From Schizochytrium sp. TIO01 (taxonomy: Eukaryota; Protista; Bigyra: Labyrinthulomycetes): a DNA stretch of 64,000 bases. The notes under the pieces are model-generated. The model was not told the origin of the DNA, did not search any database, and was given only the letters and a program-made list of their open reading frames with translations. Positions 36,901-50,800 of the stretch are shown piece by piece. How positions within the stretch are numbered: position 1 is the stretch's first letter; each line of letters starts with the position of its first letter. A program made the position numbers and the translations under genes. Where the stretch lies: NCBI GenBank assembly GCA_004764695.1, contig SMSO01000005.1, positions 186,001-250,000 of the forward strand, in the 5' to 3' direction.

Positions 36901-37999
36901 TTTGGGATTTTGGGATTTAAAGCTGCTTATACCAAATCTTTTTCCAGAAGATTAGGATTTTGTTTCTGTCATTCCCTATTTGAACAAAACCTTCAATATG
37001 TCTTCGTAACCTTAGGACAAGATGTCGAGGCTTAGTAGACTAGTTTTCTATCATCTTCTATTCAACCACTTGATTTGACTGGAGCGAAACGAAAATTTTC
37101 TCGAGACGCCTCAATTGAACTAACCCTCCTCATAGAGTCCTGTTATAGAATATTAGGCTAGGCCCATTTGATAGCAAGCTTTATCTAGCTAGGAAAGCAA
37201 CCAACATCGTATTGAGCTAGGTGTAGATGTCTTAATGAAGTCCTCTATCATCGTTTATGTTGCAACAGGAGACTGGAAAAGTATATTTAGTCGACCAACC
37301 AGTTAAGCTTTATAGCTCTCAATGTGTCCAAGGCTGGTACGAGCAATGCCATAGGAAGACAAAGATCAAAAAGATTAAAAAGAGATAATATATATATGAG
37401 ACCGGGGTATACTAGGTATTGACGAGTAGTCATTAGTCACGCCTTTTTATAGCCCTTTAACATAGATACCATACATGTCGCATGTAGATAATTCGATCAT
37501 TCTATTGGATCATGTCTTTGTCTGTAAAAACCAAATTTAACCTGCAAACTCTTCCAAAATGGGGAATGCTGATCATTACAAGGAAGTTTTTACTTGCTTA
37601 GGGATTTCAAGTAATCCTTGGTTGAAGTTAAAACTAAGAGCGCTGTGCGCATTGCATTAACCAGCATCAATACCGTGGACAAAGAGTAGGGGGTAAACAG
37701 ATGCTGCGTATATGGTGTCGTCAAAGCTACATCCAGTTCTTTCTCCTCACAACTAGAAACAAAACAAAAGAAACATTGAAGTACTCATTGATAGCGCCGT
37801 TGTAAGGACATGCACCATCTTCCTATAATACACGACTTGAAGGCAATTGTTAATCTCAGCTATTCAAGCGTAACCTCAAGCCATAAATTTACTTTAAAAC
37901 ATAACATAAGGGTTCCGGCCCACGAACTGGGTGGCGAACATTTCTTTAATTTTATTCTTAATGTTATCGACATTGGAAAAAGGTCACTTCCTGCATATC

Positions 38000-40900
38000 T
38001 TATGCAGAACCACCTCCATCACCACAAACAGATGCATCCTGCGAGAATCTATAAGATGCCGTGTATGCTCTCACACCATTGCACTCATCAGCTAGAGTGC
38101 AACCATTCTCTGTCGTTTGGTCACATTGACGAATCCGAAATCGGTTCTCAAAAAGATGAGGCCGTTCCTCATACGTGAAGTCGATTGTCGTTCTATACTT
38201 GCAAGGAAGCTCTAGCGCTGGAATGAAGAGCTCCTCAACCCATTCAGACGAAGACTCATCATAGTAGTCAACGAAGAATCCCTTCTCACAAACATCTGTA
38301 GAGGTTGCGTAGTTCGTACTATTGGAGCATGTGTTGTCCGTAGTAATCGCTCCAGTCCCATGTGCTGCAACCTGTTGCTGAATAGGATATGTGTTCTGAG
38401 TAATTCCAGACTTGCACTTGCCTACGTCAACGGTATTATACTCACGAGAAATAGCCTTGCAGTATTGCATAGCCCATTCTTCTCCTCTTGCCGCAAGATT
38501 CGAGTTATCTTTCCAGATAGTTTCGAAACACGTTTCTGCCGGATTCGATTCTTCCTGGAAAACATTGGCTGTATTGCACCACGTTTGCACTGCAGCCTGG
38601 ATCTCTTTATTGTTTTGCCGTTTGATGGTGGGGTCAACAAGACTCTTGGCGAGTGCGAGAGCTGTACTCATTCTCATCCATGTACAATTAAAGAAAACAC
38701 CGGGGATTGAAATATCGGTCGGTGTAGACTCCATGTAATTGATCGTAGCTGTTGGGCAGAACCCAGTTGAATCAGCATTCGTGGCACGATCAGAATCCGT
38801 CTCAAAAATATGATCAAAGTCCAAGCGGTACCCTGTAATACCATCAACTTTCTTTTTACCTCGGGCAATCATTTTCTGGCATGTAATTTGAATATGAAGA
38901 GAATTCTCAAATTCGAGCACCCAAGTTCGAGACGCACCTCTATCCGTCTTATCCATGTCTTTTTCGTCGTAGTCGACACGAGAAAACACCTGCTCAAGCT
39001 GGGTGACACTTGCTTCATTTCCATTTAGTGTCCAGCCTGAACCAGGATCATCAAAGCAGGCATTCGCAGAGAGTGTATAGGTTGTTGCGCTGTTGAAAGT
39101 AAAGATCGCGTCTAACATTACCGCGCGCTCTCCAAGCGTGGTGTTGATGGATATCTCTTTCTCTGGGAATGTATAGAGCTCCATGACGGCAGGGGGTGAG
39201 CTGTTGCTTGCAAGACAAGGAGATCCAATAGCGCCAATGTTTTCCTGGCCGTACGCGATCAATTCAGCTCGTGTCTTATTATACGTACAGTTGTTACCTG
39301 CATGATCCAACTGGGATGTGCAGATATCTTCATGAATTGCGCAATCATCAATTGAGCGTCCATCACAAATGACCCATGCATCGATGATGTAGTCTGTTTC
39401 GTTGAATGGAACAAGCTCCGGATCACCATAGGCGACGCATTCAGGGCAGCATTTCTTAATTTCAGAATAGCTCTCTGTGTAGGAGATATTGAGACTGAGA
39501 ATACTGTTATTACCCTCCAGATTCTGACAGTACGCTGCATCTGTTGGATTGCTCATGTCGCAGTATGGACGCTCCAATTCCTGGCTACGACAGTAACCAT
39601 CCTTGGTAAGGGTAACGCTCGTTGAGTTGAGTTCATCGCAACATTGTTCACATTCACTGAGTTCTTCAAAGGTTGTTGTTTCGGTAACACAAATTTGAGG
39701 AGATCGAGCAGCTGCTAAAGTGCAGTTGAGGCAACTGCCTCGAACTTCAACTGGCGGATCGGTAGGCGGAGGGGTGGGTCGGGGAACTGTGGGTCCATCA
39801 GTTGATGGTGTGGGACTCTGAGTAGGGGGTGTGGGACTCTGAGTAGGGGGTGTAGGACTCTGAGTAGGGGGTGTAGGACTCTGAGCAGGGGGTGTGGGAC
39901 TCTGAGTAGGGGGTGTGGGACTCTGAGTAGGGGGTGTGGGACTCTGAGTAGGGGGTGTGGGACTCTGAGTAGGGGGTGTGGGACTCTGAGTAGGGGGTGT
40001 GGGACTTTGAGTAGGGGGTGTGGGACTCTGAGTAGGGGGTGTGGGACTCTGAGTAGGGGGTGGGGGACATTCATTTGTTTGCACCGCGATTTGAATTTCT
40101 ATACCTGACACAGGTAAACAGTCGTTCTGAACTACACATTCACTCCCAATTACATCACATCGTTCGAATGAGATGTTACGATGGAACAAGTTTGGATATT
40201 CCGAGCCATTGATCGTGGCGTTTTCACAAAGAGGACTGTTCACAGGAATGAAGAACTCGTCCTCCCACTCACCCGAATCTGGGTTTTGAGTCTGGATTTG
40301 CACTCCGTCAGTACATTCATCCGGCTTTGATTTCGGATATTCAGCAATACTCTCCATACAAACGGAGTCCGTAAAGTACCCAGAGCTACGCACAAAATAT
40401 GCTTGACGATCAGCCACATACTGAAACCAGCTGCTCTCGGCAATATCTGCAATGCAGTCATTGTATATAGCTTCATCGTAACCCGAACCGTCGCTATACA
40501 TGCTGTCAATTTGACAAACCAGGTCAGCCCAATTCTCGCTCGTATCAGAACAGTCGTCAACACAGTTTCCAGTACCACAAATGTAACTAATGCACGTGTC
40601 TACAGAGTCGATTGTAAGGTCCGTCACCACACCAGTCAAGTCATTCATAGAACACCACTCTCGCACGCTCGCTTCGAGATTAGACTCAGAACACGAGGAG
40701 TCAACAAGTGCTTTGCAAGCTTCGACACAGCTTCCAAGTTCTTGACGTAAACACGCGTCATCCTGCTCAATCGAAAGAGCTCTGGACTCTACAGTGTTCT
40801 CTGAGATGATACCAGACCTGCAAAAGCCTCGAACAGTGCTCAAATCAGAAGTTGAGGAAGCTATTTGACGCACAGTGATATCAAGACGAGAACGTTTGTT

Positions 40901-41858
40901 GGAGGTCTTATAGCAAACGATTGAAGTAAAGACCGTTTTATCCAAGTTCTGAATGTCCCAGCGATACAGTGTCAACGACTCCTCTGTTAAGGTCCAGGTA
41001 CTAGGAACGGAGGCATCACCTGAGATTGTCCACGCATCAGAGCTAGCATCGGCAAAACAGTCAGCTGCCGTGAGAGAGTATTCTGTGGCATTCTCGGTGA
41101 CCTGTACACTCGAGATGACGCCTCGTTCTCCAAGTGTAAGATTGATAACTTGTCCTTCGCCATCATACATGACCATGTATGGAGAGCGTTCTCCATCCCA
41201 CATAAGTGATGATTGACAGGGGCCTCCACTGGTATCCCAGTCGTACCACCAGGGTTGATCAGCAGTCAGAATCAGGCTGGCGGGTTTTCTTCACATATTC
41301 ACATGTCTGATCCCATGGATCTCTGCGATTCCTGCAACGTACTGGACCATGCTCGCAGTCACTATTTCTGTCATCACAGATGACCCAATTGGCTCTGGTT
41401 CCGTTGAAAGCTGTGCACCTCGGGTCACCCCAACAGTTGCACTCAGCACAGCAGGTCTCATTCGACAATACCTGTGGATTGAAGAATTCTATGTTCATAG
41501 TTAATGTTGTTGTAGACAAATCGCAATTGCTACAAATCGGTGTAATAACTTCATACTCTTGACAATCGCCAGTAGACATTTGCAAACTCCGTGTTCGTTG
41601 TTCTGGTGTAATGCCGAAAAGGCGACGAGCGTTCGATGTAGGGCTTGGGCAGCAGCTTGAAAATTCCAACGATGCACTGATTGAGTCACCATCCAGGAGA
41701 GCAAGATAGTCTGTAGAAGTTGTGTCGCATAGAAGTCCTATATCGAAGGAAGCATTTTGTGGCTGGCAAGACTCGAGTAGGCTTTTCGTATTCTCAAAGA
41801 ATGTAGTCAAAAGGAGTAGAACCAAAAGTACACTCATGGTGTACTTGATGGAGTTCAT
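38000..41858 (-). pseudogene. VWD-like secreted protein paralog B, split by a +1 insertion near 41265 (pseudogene or assembly indel)
   Basis: ORFs 41259..41858 and 38000..41203 join into one paralog of A if the extra base in agcaGtcaga is removed (compare paralog C, agcatcaga). Confidence 0.75.
39807..40062 (-). repeat. 21-bp coding minisatellite x12 encoding (PPTQSPT)n mucin-like linker
   Basis: ggtgtgggactctgagtaggg repeated; 12 QSPT units in the translation. Confidence 0.95.
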
Positions 41859-42229
41859 CTTGCCGACTATCGTTTGAGGTTTGCTGTGGTCTAAGTTTGC
41901 TTCAATATATCAAGTTGGTACTGAAGGCTTGTTCAAATATGAAATATTCTAAGGACTGCTTTAGTTTTGAAGGACGTCTCATGCACGCGCAGTCAACAAA
42001 TATAAGGTATAAAGTACCCGGTACGCAGACCTACGTAAACACAACTTCGAAGAGAAAACCGCGTTCAGGAAGGTGTACTTAAGAGGTTATACTTCTTCCA
42101 AACAGGTGATCCCTAAAATCTTAAATCTTAAAAACGTTCGATTGTTCGCTATACTACTACCAAGGGTACGGAAGTGTTTCACTTTAAGAGAAGAGCTCGT
42201 CTGTTTATGGAGGCTGAACTAGTCGGAAA

Positions 42230-42308
42230 CCTCTCTCTCTCTCTCTTCCTTTCTCTCTTTCTTTCTCTCTTTCTTTCTCTCTTTCTTTCTCTCTTTCTCT
42301 CTCTCTCA
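42230..42308. repeat. (CT)n/(CTTT)n microsatellite, longer than its counterpart near 48221-48249
   Basis: Seen directly. Confidence 0.85.
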
Positions 42309-44296
42309 TGGCTGGTACAAACAAGTTTCTAGTGAAATACACATTGTATTTTCAAAGAATTGCCTCTGCCAGGCGCGCACTTTCATCTGTAACATGTTGA
42401 GCAATTCTCGCTGATATATTCGACAAAATGCGCTTAATCCCTTATTTTATAAAGTTGCTTTGCTTTTCTATCTCTAAGAATCTAACTTAAGCAAGTCCCC
42501 TGTTCTACTTCACACTCCTTAAGATGTTGGGCTTTTTTTCTTAGGGCTAGCTGCACTTCTCCTTGGAAAGAAAATTCTGAGTAATCCTTGTAAGAGAGGC
42601 AATAGCGCTATGGCCTTAAAACGCAGTGTCGTGCTTTGTAGACAAAATGCCCTGGTCAAATGAATGGTGATACACCTTGTTTTGCTTGTGTGAAAATGAC
42701 CTAGATATTCTCAGTGCTAACACTTAGAGCACCTAGCACGACTACAAAATGGCCGCTTTTCACTGCTTTACGACCCATCAGGACGATACAAGGTTAGAAG
42801 TCAATTCTAGTGAGTTGGTAGTAGTATCACTTTTCTATCTAAAGTTTTTTTTGTTTTTTCTTGGAAGATTTCTTTCGGTGGCTAAGTTATTAGGGTAGAT
42901 ACTCATGATTTGGAAGTCAAGGTACATTATTCACTGAAGACTTCTATTCTTTAAAACACTCAATCAACCAGTAAATTCAAGTTGTTTTGGCTTGAGTTCT
43001 TGCCTAAGTTGAAAGATTCAAAATTATTATCCCTCACACGCTAGTGAGAGCGATACTTAGTGCTACCTCGGTACCCTGGTACCTACTATCAAATACCATG
43101 TTCTGTAGTTACTACTTATGAGATCGTAGTGCTGGAACAGAAAAAATGTGCACACGAGTGGTGGGCGGGTATTAGTAATAGTCAGAGTAGGCACTGCTTG
43201 AAAGAGAAGTTCTACAAAAGGGTAAGTAGATAAAATACAGCGAAAATTATTCTGACTTGAGGTTTTACCCAAGCAGAAATAACCTTTGATTGGTAGGCAT
43301 GGCCTACTCTGCCCTATAAAACCTCAGGAGTAAACAACTGAGGCCCTTCATCGGACAGCAGAGGTACGTCGCTTATATTTCCCCCCACAGTTCCGATCAT
43401 GACACTCAATGAATGCGCTTTGCTGAAGAGAAGTAAACTACATTTCGAGCTTAGGTACCTTCTATAGGTAAAATCTATGAGCGTGTAGGTTCGCGGAGAG
43501 CTTGTTAAGGGTTCAAACAGGGAATAAGTAGATTCCTAGATATTCAGTTGTTGTTGAGAACGTTATCTTCAAGCAGATTGAATCCATTTCTATGTTTGTT
43601 TGAGAAATTCTCTGTCTGAAAGCTCGGCATTTACTTCTCAATTCTGCTTTACCTATTATCGATTATCACAAAGATGAAGGGTTCAAGTTCTTTAACTTCA
43701 GTAGAACCCTCATAGTGCCTAAGTCCTAGTAGGTATATGGAGCGCAAATGCACCCTATAGTAATGAGTACTATGGCCTGCTTTACGCGCAATCCCTCGCG
43801 CTCAACTTCCCTCACTGGAGCTTCTAATACTCGTGGCCGGAGACAGAACAGTCTGGTAGTGATTATCTTATGAATATTTTTATAATGATGACTCAGTGCC
43901 TCAACCTTTCACCTTTTCGTTCGTTACACTATTTTCTCGCAACAACAAAAATGCAAGTGCACCTATGGGTAATGCGCGAAATCTTCAACTATCTAATCTC
44001 CATCATTTTTAAACGAACACAGAAAGAAGATTGATACTACTCTTCGTTTTCTTCCAGAACTCTACCCAAGTAGGAAAGCCTTTATTTTACTCGCACCCTT
44101 TCACTAGTCAACGTGCTATCTCTACATCAATATAGGCAAGGGTACCTTGCCTTCCTAATTTTGCAACACTTTAAGGCAAGTCCAACAAGGATTCTTTCTT
44201 CATGGTGTAATTATACCTGCACACATTGGATATATTATTTTCAAATGATAGTCTTAGATTGTTATTGACTCATAAAAAGGTTACTTCCTGCATATC

Positions 44297-47200
44297 TTAT
44301 GCAGAACCACCTGCATCACCACAAACAGATGCATTCTGCGAGAATCTATAAGATGCCGTGTATGCTCGCACACCATTGCACTCATCAGCTAGAGTACAAC
44401 CATTCTCTGTCGTTTGGTCACATTGACGAATCCGAAATCGGTTCTCAAAAAGATGAGGTCGTTCCTCATACGTGAAGTCGATTGTCGTTCCATACTTGCA
44501 AGGAAGCCTTAGCGCTGGAATGAAGAGCTCTTCAACCCATTCAGACGAAGACTCATTATAGTAGTCAACGAAGAATCCCTTCTCACAAACATCTGTAGAG
44601 GTTGCGTAGTTCGTACTATCGGAGCATGTGTTCTCCGTAGTGATCGCTCCAGTCCCATGTGATGCAACCTGTTGCTGAATAGAATATGTGTTATCCAGAA
44701 TTTCACTCCTGCACGTCTTGCGTTTGCCTTTGTTTCCAGGTTTAGGGAAAATAGCACTGCAATATTGCGTAACCCATTCTTTTCCTTTTGCCGCAAGACT
44801 CGAGTTATCACTCCAGATCTTTTTGAAACATCTTTCTGCTGGATCGGAATATTCAGTGAAAACATTGGCTGTATTGCACCATGTTTGCACTGCAGCCTCG
44901 ATCGCTTCTTCGTTTCGCCGTGTGATGGTGGGGTCAACAAGACTCTTGGCGAGTGCGAGAGCTGTACTCATTCCCATCCATGTGCAATCAGAGAAAACAC
45001 TGGAGTTTGAATTATCGGTCGGTGTAGACTTCATGAAATCAATCGTAGCTGTTGGGCAGAACCCAGTTGAATTAGCATCTTCGGGACGACCAGACTCCGT
45101 ATCAATAATATGATCAAAGTCCAAGCGGTACCCTATAATACTTGAATTGGTCTCAACAATCATTTTCTGGCATGTAATTTGAATATGAAGAGAATAGTCA
45201 AATTCGAGCATCCAAGTTCGAGACGCACCTCTATCCGTGCTATCCATGTCTATTTCGTCGTAGTCGACACGAGAAAATGCCTCCTCAAGCTGGGTGACAC
45301 TTGCTTTATTTCCGTTTAGTGTCCAGCCTGAACCAGGGTCATCAAAGCAGGCATTCGCAGAGAGTGTATAGTTTGTTGTGCTATTGAAAGTAAAGATCGC
45401 GTCTAACATTACCGCGCGCTCTCCAAGCGTGGTGTTGATGGATATCTCTTTATTTGGGAATGTGTAGAGCTCCATGACGGCAGGGGGTGAGCTGCTGTCT
45501 GCAAGACAAGGAGATCCAATAGCGCCAATGTTTGACTGGCCGTACTTCTCGATCAAAGCAGCTCGTTCCGGATCATACGTACAGTTGTTACCTGCATGAT
45601 CCAACTGAGATGTGCAAACATCTTCAGTAATTTTGCAATTATCAATTGAGCGTCCATCGCAGATGACCCATGCATCGATGACGTAGTCTGTTTCGTTGAA
45701 TGGTACAAGCTCTGGATCACCATAGGCGACGCATTCAGGGCAGCATTTCTTAATTTCAGAATAGTCCTCTGTGTAGGAGATATTGAGACTGAGAATACCG
45801 TTATTACCCTTCAGATTCTGACAGTACTCTGCATCTGTTGGATTGCTCATATTGCAGTATGGACGCTCCAAGTCCTGGCTACGACAGTAACCATCCTTGG
45901 TAAGGTTAACGCTCGTTGAGTTGAGTTCATCGCAACATTGTTCACATTCACTGAGTGCTTGAAAGGTTGTTGTTTCGGTAACACAAATTTGAGGAGATCG
46001 AGCATCTTCAGATGTTTCGCATTCGATGCAAGACGATATGTTACCTTCGGGCCTTGGATTGTCACAATAATTTGTTATAGCCGAGATTGCAATTTCCATA
46101 CCTGACACAGGTAAACAGTCGTTCTGAACTACACATTCACTCCCAATTACATCACACCGCTTGAATGCGATGGAACGATTGAACAAGTTTGGATATTCCA
46201 AGCCATTGATCGTAACGCTTTCACAAGGAGGACTGTTCACAGGAATGAAGAACTCGTCCTCCCACTCACCCGAATCTGGATTTTGAGTCTGGATTTGCAC
46301 TCCGTCAGTACATTCATCTGGCTTTGATTTCGGATATTCAGCAATACTCTCCATACAAACTGAGTCCGTAAAGTACCCAGAGCTACGTACAAAATATGCT
46401 TGACGATCAGCCACATACTGAAACCAGCTGCTCTCGGCAATATCTGCAATGCAGTCATTGTATATAGCTTCATCGTAACCCGAACCGTCGCTATACATGC
46501 TGTCAATTTGACAAACCAGGTCAGCCCAATTCTCGCTCGTATCAGAACAGTCGTCAAAACAGTTTCCAGTACCACAAATGTAACTAATGCAGGTGTCTAC
46601 AGAGTCGATTGTGAGGTCCGTCACCACACCAGTCAAGTCATTCATAGAACACCACTCTCGCACGCTCGCTTCGAGATTAGACTCAGAACACGAGGAGTCA
46701 ACAAGTGCTTTGCAAGCTTCGACACAGCTTCCAAGTTCTTTACGTAAACAAGCGTCATCCTGCTCAATCGAAAGAGCTCTGGACTCTACAGTGTTCTCTG
46801 AGATGATACCAGACCTGCAAAAGCCTCGAACAGTGCTCAAATCAGAAGTCGAGGAAGCTATTTGACGCACAGTGATATCAAGACGAGAACGTTTGTTGGA
46901 GGTCTTATAGCAAACGATTGAAGTAAAGACCGTTTTATCCAAGTTCTGAATGTCCCAGCGATACAGTGTCAACGACTCCTCTGTTAAGGTCCAGGTACTA
47001 GGAACTGAGGCATCACCTGTGATTGTCCACGCATCAGAGCTAGCATCGGCAAAACAGTCAGCTGCCGTGAGAGAGTATTCTGTGGCATCCTCGGTGATCT
47101 GTACACTCGAGATGACGCCTCGTTCTCCAAGTGTAAGATTGATAACTTGTCCTTCGCCATCATACATGACCATGTATGGAGAGCGTTCTCCATCCCACAT

Positions 47201-47852
47201 AAGTGATGATTGGACAGGGGCCTCCACTGGTATCCCAGTCGTACCACCAGGGTTGATCAGCATCAGAATCAGGCTGGCGGGTTAGCTTCACATATTCACA
47301 TGTCTGATTCCACGGATCTCTGCGATTCTTGCAACGTTTTGGACCATGCTCGCAGTCACTATTTCTGTCATCACAGATGACCCAATTGGCTCTGGTTCCG
47401 TTGAAAGCTGTGCACCTCGGGTCTCCCCAACAGTTGCACTCAGCACAGCAGGTCTCATTCGACAATACCTGTGGATTGAGGAATTCTATGTTCATAGTTA
47501 AGTTTGTTGCAGACAGATTGCAATAGCTACAAATCGGGTTAGAATAGCTAAGAAATTGACAATCGTCAGTAGACGTTTGCAAACTCCGTGTTCGTTGTTC
47601 TGGTGTAATGCCGAAAAGGCGACGAGCGTTCAATGTGGGGCTTGAGCAGCAGCTGGAAAAATTGAACGCTGTATTGATTGAGTCGATAGAAGTAGAGCCA
47701 ATGCCTGTAGAATTTGTAACGCATAGAGATGCTAAACCAAGGATAGCTTCTCGTGCCTGGCAAGACTCGAGTAGACTTTCCGTACTCTCAAAGAATGTAG
47801 TCAAAAGGAGTAGAACCAGAAGTACATTCATAGTGTACTTGATGGAGTTCAT
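44297..47852 (-). pseudogene. VWD-like secreted protein paralog C, split by a +1 insertion near 47212 (pseudogene or assembly indel)
   Basis: ORFs 47160..47852 and 44297..47263 overlap in different frames; gattGgacagggg here versus gattgacagggg in paralog B. Confidence 0.75.
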
Positions 47853-50800
47853 GTTGCCGACTATCGTTTGAGATTTGCTGTGGTCTAAGTTTGCTTCAAC
47901 ATATCAAATTGGTACTGAAGGCTTGTTTAAATATAGAGCATTCTAAGGACTGTTTTGGTTTTGAAGGATGCACGCGCACTCAACAAATATAAGGTATAAA
48001 GTACCCGGTACGCAGACCTACGTAAACACGACTCTGAAGAGAAAACCGCGTTTAGGAAGGTGTACTTTAAGAGGTTATTCTTCTTCCAAAACAGGTGATC
48101 CCTTAAATCTTCAATTTAAAAAGAGCTCGATTGTTTGCTGTACTACTACCAAGGGTACGGAAGTGTTTCACTTTAAGAGAAGAGCTCGTCTGTTTTATGG
48201 AGGCTGAACTAGTCGGAAACCTCTCTCTTTCTCTCTTTCTCTCTCTCTCATGGCTGGTACATACAAGTTTCTATGTGAAATGACACATTGTATTTTCAAA
48301 GAATTGCCTATGCCAGGCGCGCACTTTCATCTGTAACATGTTGAGCAATTCTCGCTGATATATTCGACAAAATGTGCTTAATCCCTTATTTTATAAAGTT
48401 GCTTTGCTTTTCTATCTCTAAGAATCTAACTTAAGCAAGTCCCCTGTTCTACTTCACACTCCTTAAGATGTTGGGCCTTCTTTTCTTAGGGCTAGCTGCA
48501 CTTCTCCTTGGAAAGAAAATTCTGAGTAATCCTTGTAAGAGAGGCAACAGCGCGATTGCCTTAAAATGCAGTGTCGTGCTTTGTAGACAAAAGGTCCTGG
48601 TCAAATGAATGGTGGTACACCTTGTTTTTTTGCTTGTGTAAAACATGACCTAGATATTCCCAGTGCTAACACTTAGATCGCCTAGCACGACTACAAAATG
48701 GCCGCTTTTCTGCTGCATTTATGACTCGACAGGACGATACGAGGTTAGAAGTCAATTCTAGTGAGTTGGTAGTAGTATCACTTTTCTATCTAAAGATTTT
48801 TTATTTTTTTTTCCTGGAAGAGTTCTTTCAGTGGCTAAATTATTAGGGTAGATACTCATGATTTGGAAGTCAAGGTACATTATTCACTGAAGACTTCTAT
48901 AACACTCAATCAACCAGTAAATTCAAGTTGCTTTGGCTTGAATTCTTGCCTAAGTTGAAAGATTCAAAATTATTATCCCTCACACGCTAGTGAGAGCGAT
49001 ACTTAGTGCTACCTCGGTACCTTGGTACCTACTATCAAATACCATGTTCTGTAGTTACTACTTATGAGATCGTAGTGCTGGAACAGAAAAAATGTGCACA
49101 CGAGTGGTGGGCGGGTATTAGTAATAGTCAGAGTAGGCACTGCTTGAAAGAGAAGTTCTACAAAAGGGTAAGTAGATAAAATACAGCAAAAATTATTCTG
49201 ACTTGGGGTTTTACCCAAGCAGAAATAGCCTTTGATTGGTAGGCATGGCCTACTCTGCCCTATAAAACCTCAGGAGTAAACAACTGAGGACCCCTTCATC
49301 GGACAGCAGAGGTACGTCGCTTATATTTCCCCCCACAGTTCCGATCATGACACTCAATGAATGCGCTTTGCCGAAGAGAAGTAAATTACATTTCGAGCTT
49401 AGGTACCTTCTATAGGTAAAATTTATGAGCGTGTAGGTTCGCGGAGAGCTTGTTAAGGGTTCAAACAGGGAATACGCAGATTCCTAGATATTCAGTTGAT
49501 GTTGAGAACGTTATCTTCAAGCCGATTGAATCCATTCCTATGTTTGTTTTAGAAATTCTCTGTCTGAAAGCTCGGCATTTACTTCTCAATTTTGCTTTAC
49601 CTAGTTGTAATAATGCAGGGAGGTCGCGCGTACCTAGCTGACAACCCACGCCTGCCTCCGTGTAATTTTAAAAGTTCTTACCTTCTCACTTTACGTCGAG
49701 GTAAATGGAATTTGGTACGTGGCTCTTCTCTTGATGTCAGCAAATCTTACAGGCCTTTGCATCGAGGTACCCATCACGTCTCATCTAAACTTTGTCTTGA
49801 GCTTTTGGGTGCATCATCTACATTATGTCGCAGATGTTTTGGAACTTTGGAGTCTCTTGAAATAGCCGAGCCAATGATTGATTGTTTAGGCTTTCGCCAG
49901 TATTATCGATTATCACAAAGATGAAGGGTTCAAGTTCTTTAACTTGAGTAAACCCCTCATGGTGCCTAAGTACTAGTAGGTATATGGAGCGCCAATGCAC
50001 CCTATAGTAATGAGTACTATGGCTGCTTTACGCGCAATCCCCCGCTCAACTTCACTCACTGGAGCTTCTAATACTCGTGGCCGGAGACAGAACAGTCTGG
50101 TAGTGGTTATCTTATGAATATTTATATAATGATGATTCAGTGCCTGGGTCTCTCAACATTTCACCTTTTGGCTCGTTACAATCCTTTCTCGTGACAACAA
50201 AAATGCAAGTGTACCTATGGATAATGCCGAAATCTTCAACTACCTAACCTCCATCATTTTTCAACGAACACAGAAAGAAGATGGTAGCTGGGTACGTAGC
50301 GAGGTACTCATCTTTGTTCGAGGAATACCCTCTCCCTTCAAGGCGCTCCAGTGTTTTAGAAAAACCAAGCTAGAAGACCAAGCAAGCAAGCTCTGTTCCA
50401 GTGCCCTCAAACCCGAGTCGAGCAGGTGAAAAGATCCGAGACATATTTTAGATTCAAGAAGCGCGTGACGGCAGCCAGCCTCGCAAGCAGTACGCAAGCA
50501 GTACGCAGACCGAATCGCTGTAAACTTCACGGGCTCTCGCTAACTTCTTTGCCAGCTTCCAGGACTCCAAATCCCCTGCGCCGCCGTTCCGCCGCCGTTC
50601 TGCCTTACTTCGCCTGCACGAGCTATGGAAGCGCGGCAAGGCGGCTTCGGTCCCCTCAGAGACCCAGAGCGCCGCCTCTAGTGGAGACCGAGGCGCCTGG
50701 TCCACCCAGCACAGTCTTGAAAGACACGACCGGAACGCATTTCCGTCGCTGCGAGCGCTCGCTCGCGAACTCGTGTGCAACGAAGCACGTCGACCAGAGG

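Larger units (their letters stand above)
37975..50282. repeat. Tandem segmental duplication, ~6 kb units (about 37975-44030 and 44273-50282), each with a VWD-like gene plus ~2.2 kb of upstream non-coding DNA
   Basis: Near-identical sequence from aaaaagg(c/t)acttcctgcatatc through aacgaacacagaaagaagat in both units. Confidence 0.92.

Noticed and set aside
44133-44152. Hairpin aggcaagg-gta-ccttgcct between duplication units (and a similar 8-bp inverted repeat near 4405-4431)
   Set aside because: Isolated short inverted repeats are expected by chance in 64 kb; no associated element ends found.
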